Positions 1 through 9,099 of a DNA stretch of 53,855 nucleotides are shown here, one piece after another. Source of the stretch: an uncultured archaeon (lineage in GTDB: Archaea; Nanobdellota; Nanobdellia; Pacearchaeales; GW2011-AR1). The stretch lies in assembly GCA_937143345.1 (NCBI GenBank), contig CAKZRD010000024.1:1-53855 (forward strand), written 5' to 3'. The position numbers and the translations under genes are program-made. Below the pieces are notes generated by a model. That model saw nothing but the letters and a program-made list of their open reading frames with translations. It did not search any database and was not told where the DNA came from. Numbering within the stretch: the first letter of the stretch is position 1; each line of letters opens with the position of its first letter.

Positions 1-167
1 AGATGAAATCCTGTTGGGCAAGATGTTAAAATACAAGACGAACCATTCCAACTAAAATTCTGCTCACATTTAATACAAGAGTTATTATAAAGATGAAATC
101 CTGTTGGGCAAGATGTTAAAATACAAGACGAACCATTCCAACTAAAATTCTGCTTACATTTAATACA
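1..167. repeat. Tandem direct repeat with a 90-bp period. Two copies are visible and the array may continue beyond the window edge.
   Basis: Bases 1-77 and 91-167 are identical except for one difference (C at 65, T at 155). The repeat lies inside the partial minus-strand surface-protein CDS and encodes 30-aa Cys-rich units. Confidence 0.9.
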
Positions 168-1661
168 TAAATCTCCCTGCCAAGGACAACTCTTTTGGAT
201 ATTCGTTGCATTAGAAGGTAGTGTTGAAACACAAATACCTCCTACAGGAGTACATGTATCTGTTTGCCCTCCCAACTCACAAATACCAGTTTCTTCCCTA
301 CATAAAGTTCCCCCATGACATCTTTCTTCAGTTCCCCAGGTTAAACACGAATTTGAAGAATTATAATATCCGCATGTTTTTTTAGTTGTTCTAGTAACAC
401 AAACTGCTTGTCCAACGAAATTACATTGATCTAAACAAAATCCTTTGTTAATATTAAAATTATAAAAAGCGCTATTATTTAAGTTATCCATAGAACTAAT
501 TAATCTCGCCTCAAGAGTACCATTCATAATTTTTACTCTTAAATCCTTACAAGTTAAGTTAAAAGAAACTCTTCTTTTCAATAAATTTCCTTCTTCTGTC
601 ATTCCAAAATCAAAAGTTCTTTTTATTTTCGTTCCATTAAACAAATTATAATTAATAGTTACATTAAGATTCCTTTTATTTTCTGATAAATCTAATCCAT
701 CTTTTTCTAAAAGAAATTCAAATGGTCCGCAATCTTTTTCACATTCACATTCATCTCTTGCTAAAGAAATTCTCGGTTTTATAAATTCAAACTGATTATT
801 CTTACATCTCCAAGTATTTCTTAATATATCACCGTCTCTCAATTTTGTTGCAAAAGAAGGATTTTCTTGTCCACAATAATACCAGCTATTATTATAACAT
901 AAATAACTATTGTCTCTGCTTTGTATTTCTCTTAAACTGTGCGGATTATTTATTTGCCCAAAAGAAAATTCTTTAATCCCTATTTCCATTTCTTTCCCAA
1001 AATAAAATTTATTGATAGTAGGAAAATATCTTATACATCCAAATTCTTTAGGAAAAAAAATTCCTTTTCCAGATTGATTAAAACATTTGAAGTTCCCAAC
1101 TACATTCTCATTAGAGAGGTTTCTTATAAACGATCTTTCTATGTTATTTGCAGGCACATAACCGCAAGAATAATATTCTCCGTTCAAACAATAAAATCTT
1201 GTATCTTGTTTAAAAACTACGTTTGGATTATTGGTTGTATTTAGATGATAACCAAAAGTATTATTATACGCAAAGTCTCTTGTGTTATTTAAATTATTCC
1301 AATTAAAAACACAACCAGAAGAAGGAACCCAAACTTTTAAATGTTCAGAACATCTCCAATTACCAATTTGTTGATTATGTCTAACATAAGTAATAAGATT
1401 ATTTAAAGAAGGATTATTAAGAACCCCACATCTATATAGGTTTCCTTCAAAACACAAAATTTTAGAATCTGCGCTTGTTAGATTATTTGAAGACGCATTA
1501 TAGAGTATATTGTTAATAGTCCTATTACAATAATGGGGATCCAGTATTACATTCCCAGTTATTTTTCCAAGGAAAGAATTTGGTATAAATAAACTAACAA
1601 AATACAAAATCAGAACAAAAAAAATTAAAATAAAAAACCTGTTCAAAATCTTTCTTTCCAT
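1..1661 (-). CDS. Cysteine-rich secreted or anchored surface protein. Partial: the C-terminal end runs off the window start. Absent from the supplied ORF track.
   Basis: Hand translation of the minus strand from ATG 1661-1659 (MERKILNRFFILIFFVLILYFVSLF...) stays open to base 1, about 553 codons. It has an N-terminal hydrophobic signal/anchor and many Cys and N-x-S/T sequons. The C-terminal repeats C-x2-C..NFSWNGSSC..CPTGFHL resemble furin-like/VSP-type Cys-rich repeats. Confidence 0.7.
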   Translation of the reverse strand, partial: MERKILNRFFILIFFVLILYFVSLFIPNSFLGKITGNVILDPHYCNRTINNILYNASSNNLTSADSKILCFEGNLYRCGVLNNPSLNNLITYVRHNQQIGNWRCSEHLKVWVPSSGCVFNWNNLNNTRDFAYNNTFGYHLNTTNNPNVVFKQDTRFYCLNGEYYSCGYVPANNIERSFIRNLSNENVVGNFKCFNQSGKGIFFPKEFGCIRYFPTINKFYFGKEMEIGIKEFSFGQINNPHSLREIQSRDNSYLCYNNSWYYCGQENPSFATKLRDGDILRNTWRCKNNQFEFIKPRISLARDECECEKDCGPFEFLLEKDGLDLSENKRNLNVTINYNLFNGTKIKRTFDFGMTEEGNLLKRRVSFNLTCKDLRVKIMNGTLEARLISSMDNLNNSAFYNFNINKGFCLDQCNFVGQAVCVTRTTKKTCGYYNSSNSCLTWGTEERCHGGTLCREETGICELGGQTDTCTPVGGICVSTLPSNATNIQKSCPWQGDLCIKCKQNFSWNGSSCILTSCPTGFHLYNNSCIKCEQNFSWNGSSCILTSCPTGFH

Positions 1662-1725
1662 AAATTTTTATGATCTTTTAAGTTTATAAAGTTTTCTTAT
1701 TTTTTATGTTTTTTAGAATTATAAA

Positions 1726-3108
1726 TCATCTGTTCTTCTCAAAAATCTCTCTAACTTTCTTAAAATCTGCTCTTCTTCCGCTCAAATTCATAACTTGCCC
1801 TATCAAAAAATTTAAACTTTCTTTTTTTCCTTCCTTAAATTCCACAAAAACTTTTTTGTTTTCCTTTATAACTTTTTCAACCAACTTTTTTGTTTCTTCT
1901 TCACTTAATTTTCCTAATTGAATTTTCATATTTTCTTTAACAGAAAAACTCTTTGGAACAAAATTATTCATTATTTGCTTTGCATTTAAAACAGTTAATT
2001 CTCCCTTATCAACCAATTCTAAAAGTTCGACTAAATGTTCCGGTTTTATTTCAACATCTTCGTCGTCAAGTGTTTTTTTGTTATAATTTAAAATTCTTAA
2101 AAGTTCAATTGTAATCCATGAAATGTATTTAGGCAGATTAATTTTTTTTGCAATCTCTTCGGCAAATTCAACAAGGGCCAAATTTTTAACTAAAATTTCA
2201 GCATCTTCCTTTCTAAGAGAGAATTTATCAATAAGTTTTTTTAATTTTTCAGAAGGTAACTCTGGTAAGGATTTTTTAATTTTTTCAATATCTTCTTTTG
2301 AAATATCTAAAGAGGGTAAATCAGGGTCTGGAATAAATCTATAATCTGTCTGACCTTCTTTTTCTCGCATTTTTATTGTTTTTCCTTTTATATCGTCGTA
2401 AGTTAAAGTTTCCTTTTTTATCTCTCTCCCATTTTCATATTCTTCAATTTGTCTTTTTATCTCATATTCTAAAGCTTTTTTTATTTTTTCCAAAGAGTTA
2501 ATATTTTTTATTTCAATTCTTTCACCATATGTAGAAACATTAACGTCTACTTTTATTCCAGCATTTTTTCTTATTACTTTAATATAAGAAAGAGTATTTA
2601 TCAAATTTGATAACCAGGATAAGGTCTGTTCAACACTTTTAAAGTCTGGTTCAGTTACGATCTCTATCAGAGGAATTCCGCTTCTGTTGTAGTTTATTTC
2701 ACCATTTTCAGGATTCCATTGGGCAGGGTCTTCTTCCAAGTGACATTCTCTTATTCTTATTCCATCAAAAACCCCATTTTCAGCACAAGGTGTTGAATGC
2801 GCGCCGGATATTGTGTCTTGATATCCTTTTGGCAAATCAGGCCAATCATAGTGTTTTCTTTGCCATTTCATTTCTCCTTCATAATTTATTCTGCAATTAA
2901 GAATTAAAGAAATTTGAATAATTTTTTTAATTGCTTCTTCGTTAGGAAGCATTGGCTTACTACCTGGTTGCCCTGTACATATTGGACAAATAAAAATGTT
3001 AGGAGTTTTTTTTAAGAAATCTGTCTCACATCTACAAAAAAGTTTTTCTTTTGTATTTAAATAACCGTGTATTTCTAAACCTATTTTTAATGGGTAGTTT
3101 TTCTCCAT
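1726..3108 (-). CDS. gatB: Asp-tRNA(Asn)/Glu-tRNA(Gln) amidotransferase subunit B
   Basis: 460 aa. N-terminus IGLEIHGYLNTKEKLFCRC..PICTGQPGSKPMLP is typical of GatB/GatE. The length and C-terminal GatB/YqeY-like tail fit GatB rather than the longer GatE. Confidence 0.85.
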   Translation of the reverse strand: MEKNYPLKIGLEIHGYLNTKEKLFCRCETDFLKKTPNIFICPICTGQPGSKPMLPNEEAIKKIIQISLILNCRINYEGEMKWQRKHYDWPDLPKGYQDTISGAHSTPCAENGVFDGIRIRECHLEEDPAQWNPENGEINYNRSGIPLIEIVTEPDFKSVEQTLSWLSNLINTLSYIKVIRKNAGIKVDVNVSTYGERIEIKNINSLEKIKKALEYEIKRQIEEYENGREIKKETLTYDDIKGKTIKMREKEGQTDYRFIPDPDLPSLDISKEDIEKIKKSLPELPSEKLKKLIDKFSLRKEDAEILVKNLALVEFAEEIAKKINLPKYISWITIELLRILNYNKKTLDDEDVEIKPEHLVELLELVDKGELTVLNAKQIMNNFVPKSFSVKENMKIQLGKLSEEETKKLVEKVIKENKKVFVEFKEGKKESLNFLIGQVMNLSGRRADFKKVREIFEKNR

Positions 3109-3186
3109 TTAAAAAAAAATTATAAGCTATTTATAAATTATTTGGTATTTACAAAAGTTTAAAAACATACTTTGAATAGTTAATAA

Positions 3187-3438
3187 ATGGAAAAAGAGAT
3201 TGGAAAAATAAAAAAGAATAATAACACTGATATTGTTCTTCGAATAGACGATTTTGGTGGAAAGGTTGGATTGACTATAAGAGAGTTCTCTAACTCTGAA
3301 GGTTATAAAGGTTTCACAAAATCAGGAACGAGAATTCCTTTAGAAAGTTTGGAAGATTTTAAAAAAATGATAAGCGAAATTGACATTGAAGAATTAAAAA
3401 GTTTAGCTCCTGAAAAAAAAGAAGATAATTATCTTTAA
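3187..3438 (+). CDS. PC4/p15-like (YdbC-like) ssDNA-binding small protein
   Basis: 83 aa. The pattern VLRIDDFGGKVGLTIREFSNSEGYKGFTKSGTRIPLESLEDFKKMISEI matches the PC4 fold signature (xF.GK.y.dIRE...g..pTkKGI.L....w..l). A TTTAAAAA box lies about 25 nt upstream. Confidence 0.55.
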   Translation: MEKEIGKIKKNNNTDIVLRIDDFGGKVGLTIREFSNSEGYKGFTKSGTRIPLESLEDFKKMISEIDIEELKSLAPEKKEDNYL

Positions 3439-3461
3439 ATCCTTTTATAAAAAATATTTTA

Positions 3462-4964
3462 TTATTTAACTAACTCTTTTCTTAAAATCTTCCCAGAATT
3501 CCCTTTGGGAAGTTCGTCTATAAATTCAATAATTTTAGGATAAGAATGCCCTGCATAATTTTGTTTTACAAAAAGAGAAATTTCTTCTTTCAATTTTTCA
3601 GATGCTTTGTTTTTATCTACTAAAACGATAAACGCTTTCAAAATTGAACCTCTTTCTTTGTCAGGAATTCCAACAACAGCACATTCTTTTACCCCATTAA
3701 ACTTAATTAAAACATTTTCAATTTCTAAAGGAGAAACTCTCTCTCCAGAAGTTTTTATTATGTCGTCTTTTCTTCCTTCAAAATAAAAATAACCTTCCTC
3801 GTCTTTTTTTGCTAAATCGTTCGTATGAAATAAATTCTTAGAAAAATAACTTTCATACATTTTTTTATTTTTATAAATTCCGACCATCATTGAAGGCCAT
3901 GCTCTCTTTATAACGATCTCTCCATTTTTTAAAGACGCATTAACTCCGATTGGTTTTCCTAGAGCTCCGAGTTTAAAAGGAATGTTTGCAATAACAATAG
4001 AACCAACTTCGGTCTGCCAATATGTATCTATAATTTCGATATTTAATTTTTTGTAAAATTCGACTAAACTTGAAGGCAACGCTTCTCCGACTGAACAAAC
4101 TCTCTCTAAAAAAATTAAATCCTCTTTTTTTATTTTTTCTTTTAGTAACCTAAAAACTGTCGGCACGGAATAAATATTCGAAATTTTATTTTTTTTAATA
4201 AATTCTATCCACTTTTCAGCATTAAACCTTCCTTCTATTGAAAAGACGCTTGCTCCGACGAGAAAAGGTGCTATAACTCCATAAATGCTCCCAGTTACCC
4301 ATCCTGGATGTGCAGAACAAAAATATTTTTTTCCTTCTTTTAAACCTAAAATCTCTTTTGCAGTATAAATCCATTGAACCGCTCCCTCATAAGGAAGCAA
4401 AATTCCGGCGACCGGAGTTCCAGCAGTAGAGGAAGTAAACATCATCAAGCAAGAATCTTTTTCTCTCGGTTTAAAACTTTTTAGAGAAGGTTTTTTTCTC
4501 GATAAATTTAATCTTTCTTTTTGAAGATGTTCAATAAAAAAAATTCTTTTTATTTTTTTATTTTTTTTGTATCTTTTAAAAAGCTCCTTATTTGTTATCA
4601 AAAAAACAGCATCTCCTTTTTTCAAACGCAAATCTAATCCTTCTTTCTGAAATGCTTCAAACAAAGGCATTGATATCGCACCTATTTTAGCAAGTGAAAG
4701 AATACAAAAATAAAATTCTGGGCATTTAGGTAAAAAAATTGCCACTTTTTCTTTCCTTTTAACTTTGTTCCTAATAAAAAAATTTGAATAGATTTTTATT
4801 TTTTCTACAATTTCACCATAAGAGAAATCAACAAATTTTCCATCTTCATATTGAAAGTGTAAAGCAAGTAAAGATGGATTTTTTTCAGCAAAATCCTCTA
4901 TTATATCAATAAAATTTCTTTTTTCCAAAAAATAATCTTTTTTAAGTTTTTTCCAGTTTATCAT
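3462..4964 (-). CDS. AMP-forming acyl-CoA synthetase/ligase (acetyl-CoA synthetase-like)
   Basis: 500 aa. Adenylate-forming motifs are present: FTSSTAGTPVAG, YWQTEVG, GRKDDIIKTSGERVSPLEIE and LPKGNSGKILRKEL. Confidence 0.8.
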   Translation of the reverse strand: MINWKKLKKDYFLEKRNFIDIIEDFAEKNPSLLALHFQYEDGKFVDFSYGEIVEKIKIYSNFFIRNKVKRKEKVAIFLPKCPEFYFCILSLAKIGAISMPLFEAFQKEGLDLRLKKGDAVFLITNKELFKRYKKNKKIKRIFFIEHLQKERLNLSRKKPSLKSFKPREKDSCLMMFTSSTAGTPVAGILLPYEGAVQWIYTAKEILGLKEGKKYFCSAHPGWVTGSIYGVIAPFLVGASVFSIEGRFNAEKWIEFIKKNKISNIYSVPTVFRLLKEKIKKEDLIFLERVCSVGEALPSSLVEFYKKLNIEIIDTYWQTEVGSIVIANIPFKLGALGKPIGVNASLKNGEIVIKRAWPSMMVGIYKNKKMYESYFSKNLFHTNDLAKKDEEGYFYFEGRKDDIIKTSGERVSPLEIENVLIKFNGVKECAVVGIPDKERGSILKAFIVLVDKNKASEKLKEEISLFVKQNYAGHSYPKIIEFIDELPKGNSGKILRKELVK

Positions 4965-5005
4965 CGAAACCTCTTTTCCATTCTTATCTTATTTATTTTT
5001 TCCCT

Positions 5006-5290
5006 TTAATATTTTTCGAATTTTTTTATCTCTACAAAAGCAAATAAAAGAAAGGTTGCGATGCCTTTTCTTTGAAATTTTTTGTTTAGTGCTAAAAAAC
5101 CAATTTCTCCTTTTTTAGTTAGAAAAACACGGGCAACTATTTTTTGTTTTTTTCAAAAACTAATAATAAATCCCCCTCTTGAATCTGTTTTTTAAAATAT
5201 CAAAAAAATTAAATCTTTTTTCATGATAACCTGAAGAAAATTAAATTTTTCTATTTCTTTTAAATCAAATAATCTTGCTTTTCTTAACAT
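5006..5290 (-). pseudogene. Decayed GNAT N-acetyltransferase with two in-frame stops and a truncated C-terminus
   Basis: A single minus-strand frame reads MLRKARLFDLKEIEKFNFLQVIMKKDLIFLIF*KTDSRGGFIISF*KKQKIVARVFLTKKGEIGFLALNKKFQRKGIATFLLFAFVEIKKFEKY*. GNAT motif A (QRKGIAT) is recognisable. The in-frame stops are TAA at 5194-5192 and TGA at 5155-5153. Confidence 0.6.
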
Positions 5291-5739
5291 AAGTTTTTCT
5301 CCATTCTCATCGCTCTTATTGGTTTAGATAATTTTTTCTTCTCAAAGAAACCTATCTTTTTATAAAAATCAACAGATTGCAGAAGAGAACGAACAAACAC
5401 TTTCTTATAATTTTTCTTTTTCGTCAAATAAGTTAAATAGTTTAGAATAAACTTTCCGGCACCTCTTTTTTGAAATTTTGGATCTACATAAACTGTAGCA
5501 ATTTCTTTTTTCTTCGTTAATCTTCCTGTTGCAATTATTCTGCTCTTTAAAAAAACAACAAAAAAATTAGAATTTCCCCCATAAATTTTTAAATTCTTAA
5601 TTGAATATTTTTTTTTAAGAAAACTCTTTTCTTTTCTATTTAGTTTTTTGGCAGTTTCTATACAAGAATAAATTATTTCCTGACATCTTTTAGCAAAATT
5701 TTTTCTAAACTTTCTTATTTGAAATTTTTTCATGAACAA
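5284..5739 (-). CDS. GNAT family N-acetyltransferase
   Basis: 151 aa. Motif A reads VDPKFQKRGAGKFILNYL and a motif B-like sequence reads DFYKKIGF. Confidence 0.75.
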   Translation of the reverse strand: MFMKKFQIRKFRKNFAKRCQEIIYSCIETAKKLNRKEKSFLKKKYSIKNLKIYGGNSNFFVVFLKSRIIATGRLTKKKEIATVYVDPKFQKRGAGKFILNYLTYLTKKKNYKKVFVRSLLQSVDFYKKIGFFEKKKLSKPIRAMRMEKNLC

Positions 5740-6154
5740 TTTTTAAAGCTTTTTTTTGATTTTTATGAGTAAGTTTTTTTATTGCTTCTTCGAAATTAAG
5801 CCAACGATAATAAGAATGCTCTTTTTTATCAAACTTAACATTTCTATTTTTAACTTCTGCTGAAAAAAGAATAAAACTCTGCCCAATAAAACCATTTCTA
5901 TCTTCGAATTTTTTTTTGTATTTATATTTCCCTGAAAAATTATATCTTTTTATTTTAATTGGGAATTGTCCACATTCCTCAAATGTTTCTCTTTTTACAG
6001 CTTTCAATAAATTCTCTTTTTCTTCGATACCCCCTTTAGGAAATTCCCATCCTACCCAGTGTTTTTTTCTTTTAAGGACCAAATAAAATATTTTGTTTTT
6101 TTCATTTCTATAAACAACTATAAAAACTGCTTTTCTATACCTTTCTTCTTTCAT
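5705..6154 (-). CDS. NUDIX hydrolase
   Basis: 149 aa. Nudix box: GWEFPKGGIEEKENLLKAVKRETFEECG. Confidence 0.85.
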   Translation of the reverse strand: MKEERYRKAVFIVVYRNEKNKIFYLVLKRKKHWVGWEFPKGGIEEKENLLKAVKRETFEECGQFPIKIKRYNFSGKYKYKKKFEDRNGFIGQSFILFSAEVKNRNVKFDKKEHSYYRWLNFEEAIKKLTHKNQKKALKIVHEKISNKKV

Positions 6155-6212
6155 AAAGAAATTTAATTAAAAAAGTTTAAATATCTTACTAAATAAAATT
6201 TTAAGAGGTTAA

Positions 6213-7742
6213 ATGAAATACCATATTCTTATTGGAGGAAAAGCTGGGCAGGGCATAAACAAAATTTCTTCTTTTATCTCTAAATTATTTTCTGAAAAAG
6301 GTTATTATATTTTTAATTACAGGGATTATCAATCTTTAATTCGTGGAGGACATAATTTTAACATTATTTGTGTTTCTGAAGGAAAAATTTCTTCATGCGA
6401 GAAAAAAATTGATTTTTTAGTTTGTTTAGACGAAAGAACTAAAGAAATCCATAAAGAAGATTTAAAAAAAAATGCTGTTATTCTTGAAGCAAAAGAATTT
6501 GAAAATCTCAAAATTGATGTAAATATCGCCCTTTCAATAAAATTAGGAAAAATTTTTTCTTTTGAAAAAAAAGACTTCTTAAAAATAGCAGAAAAAGAAT
6601 TTCCGAATAAAAAAGATTTAATTAGTGATTTATATGATAAGATAGAAACGAAAGAAAAACTACCTTTGAAAAAACTGAACAAAAATATTGAATTAATAGA
6701 TGGAAGCAAATCAGTAGCTAAAGGATCTATAGAGAGCGGTTTAAATTTTTATTTAGGTTATCCGATGACGCCTTCAACAAGTTTGTTAAATTATTTTAAA
6801 GAATATGAAAAAGAAAATTCTTTGAGAGTTTTACAACCAGAAAGCGAAATTTCTGTAATAAATACTGCATTAGGAATCTCTTTTAGTGGAAATTTGGTTA
6901 TGGTAGGAACTTCTGGAGGTGGCTTTGATTTGATGACCGAAGGTTTAAGCTTTGCCGGTCAATCAGAAATCCCTCTAGTTATTTATCTTGCTTCTCGTCC
7001 AGGACCAAGCACAGGAGTTCCAACATATACTTCTCAAGGAGACCTAAACTTAGCTTTATTTTCTGGCCATGGTGAATTTCCAAGAATCGTCTTAAGCCCG
7101 GGTTACCCAGAACAAGCAATAAAAAAAATAAATGAATCCTTTTTTTTAGCAGAAAAATTTAGAGTTCCTGTTATTTTTTTGACAGAAAAAAATTTTGCAG
7201 AATCCTTATTTTCGTTAGAAAAATTCCCAAAATTAAAAAAAATAAAAATTGAAAGAGAAATTCCAGGAGAGCAAATAGTAAAAAATTCCAGTTATGAACA
7301 CCTATCAAATGGGGAAACAACAGAAAATGAAGAGCAAATAAAAGAAAATAATAAAAAAAGAATAAAAAAAGAAAAAGAAATTTTAGAAGAAATAGAAAAA
7401 ATGAGCCCTATAGAAATATTCGGAAAAAAAGATTCCAAAAACCTAATTTTTTGTTTTGGCAGCACTGTGAATGTTATAAAAGACATTCTTACTTATGAGA
7501 AAATAGATGCAAAAGTAGTCCAAATAATTTATTTAAAACCTTTCTCAAAAAAGATAAAAGAAGAAATAAAAAAATCTAAAAATATTTTTATAGTAGAACA
7601 AAATGTAACTTCTCAGCTTTCTCGTTTAATTAAAGAAAATACTCTTTATGAAATTCCTGAAAAAAATAGAATATTAAAATACAATGGCAGACCTTTTTTT
7701 TACGATGAACTAAAAGAAGAACTCAAAAAAAGAATAAAATGA
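6213..7742 (+). CDS. 2-oxoacid:ferredoxin oxidoreductase, fused gamma-alpha subunit
   Basis: 509 aa. The N-terminal gamma-type domain reads IGGKAGQGINK...RGGHNF. The alpha domain follows (GYPMTPSTSLL, GTSGGGFDLM). An AAGAGGT Shine-Dalgarno-like sequence lies just upstream. Confidence 0.8.
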   Translation: MKYHILIGGKAGQGINKISSFISKLFSEKGYYIFNYRDYQSLIRGGHNFNIICVSEGKISSCEKKIDFLVCLDERTKEIHKEDLKKNAVILEAKEFENLKIDVNIALSIKLGKIFSFEKKDFLKIAEKEFPNKKDLISDLYDKIETKEKLPLKKLNKNIELIDGSKSVAKGSIESGLNFYLGYPMTPSTSLLNYFKEYEKENSLRVLQPESEISVINTALGISFSGNLVMVGTSGGGFDLMTEGLSFAGQSEIPLVIYLASRPGPSTGVPTYTSQGDLNLALFSGHGEFPRIVLSPGYPEQAIKKINESFFLAEKFRVPVIFLTEKNFAESLFSLEKFPKLKKIKIEREIPGEQIVKNSSYEHLSNGETTENEEQIKENNKKRIKKEKEILEEIEKMSPIEIFGKKDSKNLIFCFGSTVNVIKDILTYEKIDAKVVQIIYLKPFSKKIKEEIKKSKNIFIVEQNVTSQLSRLIKENTLYEIPEKNRILKYNGRPFFYDELKEELKKRIK

Positions 7743-8011
7743 TTTTTCAAAGAATAATCGCAATAATCGGACTTGTTTTTATTGTTTTTGGCAACTTTTT
7801 AATTTCTAGCAAACTTTCAATCAGAAGAAGATATACTTATCCTTTGCTAATAATCGGAGGTATATGTCTTCTCTATTACAGCGTTTATTTAAAAGACAAA
7901 ATTTTCATAATACTTCAATCGATTCTTATCATTACTTCAATAATAGGTTTAATAAGAATAAATAAAAAACATTTAAAAAAAGAGATAAACAAAATTAAAG
8001 GAAAAAAATGA
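7739..8011 (+). CDS. Small 3-TM membrane protein nested in the oxidoreductase operon
   Basis: 90 aa and hydrophobic. ATGA start/stop overlaps occur at both ends (7739-7742 and 8008-8011). Confidence 0.5.
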   Translation: MIFQRIIAIIGLVFIVFGNFLISSKLSIRRRYTYPLLIIGGICLLYYSVYLKDKIFIILQSILIITSIIGLIRINKKHLKKEINKIKGKK

Positions 8012-8757
8012 CAAAAGATATTTCAACAAAATCTCAAATAACGTGGTGTCCTGGTTGTCCAAATTTCCTTATCTTAGAAGCTGTTAAAAGAGTTATAAAT
8101 GAATTGATAAAAGAAGGAAATAAACAAGAAGATTTTTGTATTGTGACAGATATTGGTTGTAACTCAAAAATTTATGATTACCTAAATCTTTCAGGAGTTT
8201 ATGGTTTACATGGGAGAGCAGTCCCTTTAGCCGAAGGAATTAAAATTGGAAACCCTAAATTAAAAGTTTTAGCTTTTCAAGGTGATGGTGGAGCTTATGC
8301 AGAAGGAATAGAACACTTAATTCATGCAATTAGAAAAAATACAGATATCTCTTTAATTATTCACAATAATGAAGCATTCTCTTTAACAACAGGCCAACCA
8401 ACTCCAACCACTCCTTTTGGAAAAAAAATAAAAAACGAAGAAATTAAATTAGAACCTCTAAACCCAATAAAATTAGCTCTTTCTTTAAATGCAAAATTCG
8501 TCGCGCGTTGCAATCCTTATGATATTGAAGACACAAAAAGAATAATAAAAAAATCAATTCTTTTTAAAGGATTTTCTTTTGTTGAGATAATTCAAAAGTG
8601 TTTAATTTTTAGTCCTGAAATGTCTATTTTTGAAAAAAATTTTTATAAAATAGAAGACAATAAAAGATTAGAAAATGCTTGGGAAATTGCTAATCAATGG
8701 AATTATTCTTCAACAGAACAAAAAATTCCAATAGGTATTATTTACGAAAAAAATTAA
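8008..8757 (+). CDS. 2-oxoacid:ferredoxin oxidoreductase, beta (TPP-binding) subunit
   Basis: 249 aa. WCPGCPNF and the TPP motif GDGGAYAEG are present. Confidence 0.85.
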   Translation: MTKDISTKSQITWCPGCPNFLILEAVKRVINELIKEGNKQEDFCIVTDIGCNSKIYDYLNLSGVYGLHGRAVPLAEGIKIGNPKLKVLAFQGDGGAYAEGIEHLIHAIRKNTDISLIIHNNEAFSLTTGQPTPTTPFGKKIKNEEIKLEPLNPIKLALSLNAKFVARCNPYDIEDTKRIIKKSILFKGFSFVEIIQKCLIFSPEMSIFEKNFYKIEDNKRLENAWEIANQWNYSSTEQKIPIGIIYEKN

Positions 8758-9005
8758 TATTTAATCTCGAGACCTTTTGCTTTTGCTTCAATATACAACT
8801 CACGAGGACATTTTGTTTTCGTCTTTGAAAAAGCACATATAACACAACAAGAAGTTATTGGAGTTTTAACTTCATTTTTGCATTTTGGGCAGATATAAGA
8901 TTGTGGAGAGTATTCTATTGAAACTTTCGCTTTAGTTCCTTTTTTACAATGCGGACAAACCAATATTATTGTCTTAGGAATTTTTTGAGTTTTTTTTCTC
9001 GTCAT
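8754..9005 (-). CDS. Zinc-ribbon protein
   Basis: 83 aa with CPHCKK...CPKCKN plus CCVIC...C. Confidence 0.5.
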   Translation of the reverse strand: MTRKKTQKIPKTIILVCPHCKKGTKAKVSIEYSPQSYICPKCKNEVKTPITSCCVICAFSKTKTKCPRELYIEAKAKGLEIKY

Positions 9006-9099
9006 CTTTTTTTTAATAAAGAATGGTTTTTTTATTTTTATTACTTTTAAAAAGTAGTAACAAAAAAAAGCTTATAAAATAAATTCTCACTTAATTTTT

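Noticed and set aside
939-1244. Plus-strand ORF 939-1244 in the supplied track. The same applies to 1706-1921, 2123-2344, 6329-6709, 7292-7486, 10239-10439, 13522-13719, 17559-17810, 18173-18547, 25318-25548, 27202-27504, 28174-28470, 30288-30719, 34121-34399, 44631-44936, 47352-47714 and 51722-52021.
   Set aside because: Each lies antisense to, or out of frame within, a much longer ORF with clear homology or coding character. Their translations are low-complexity F/L/S/I-rich, as expected for shadow frames of AT-rich genes.
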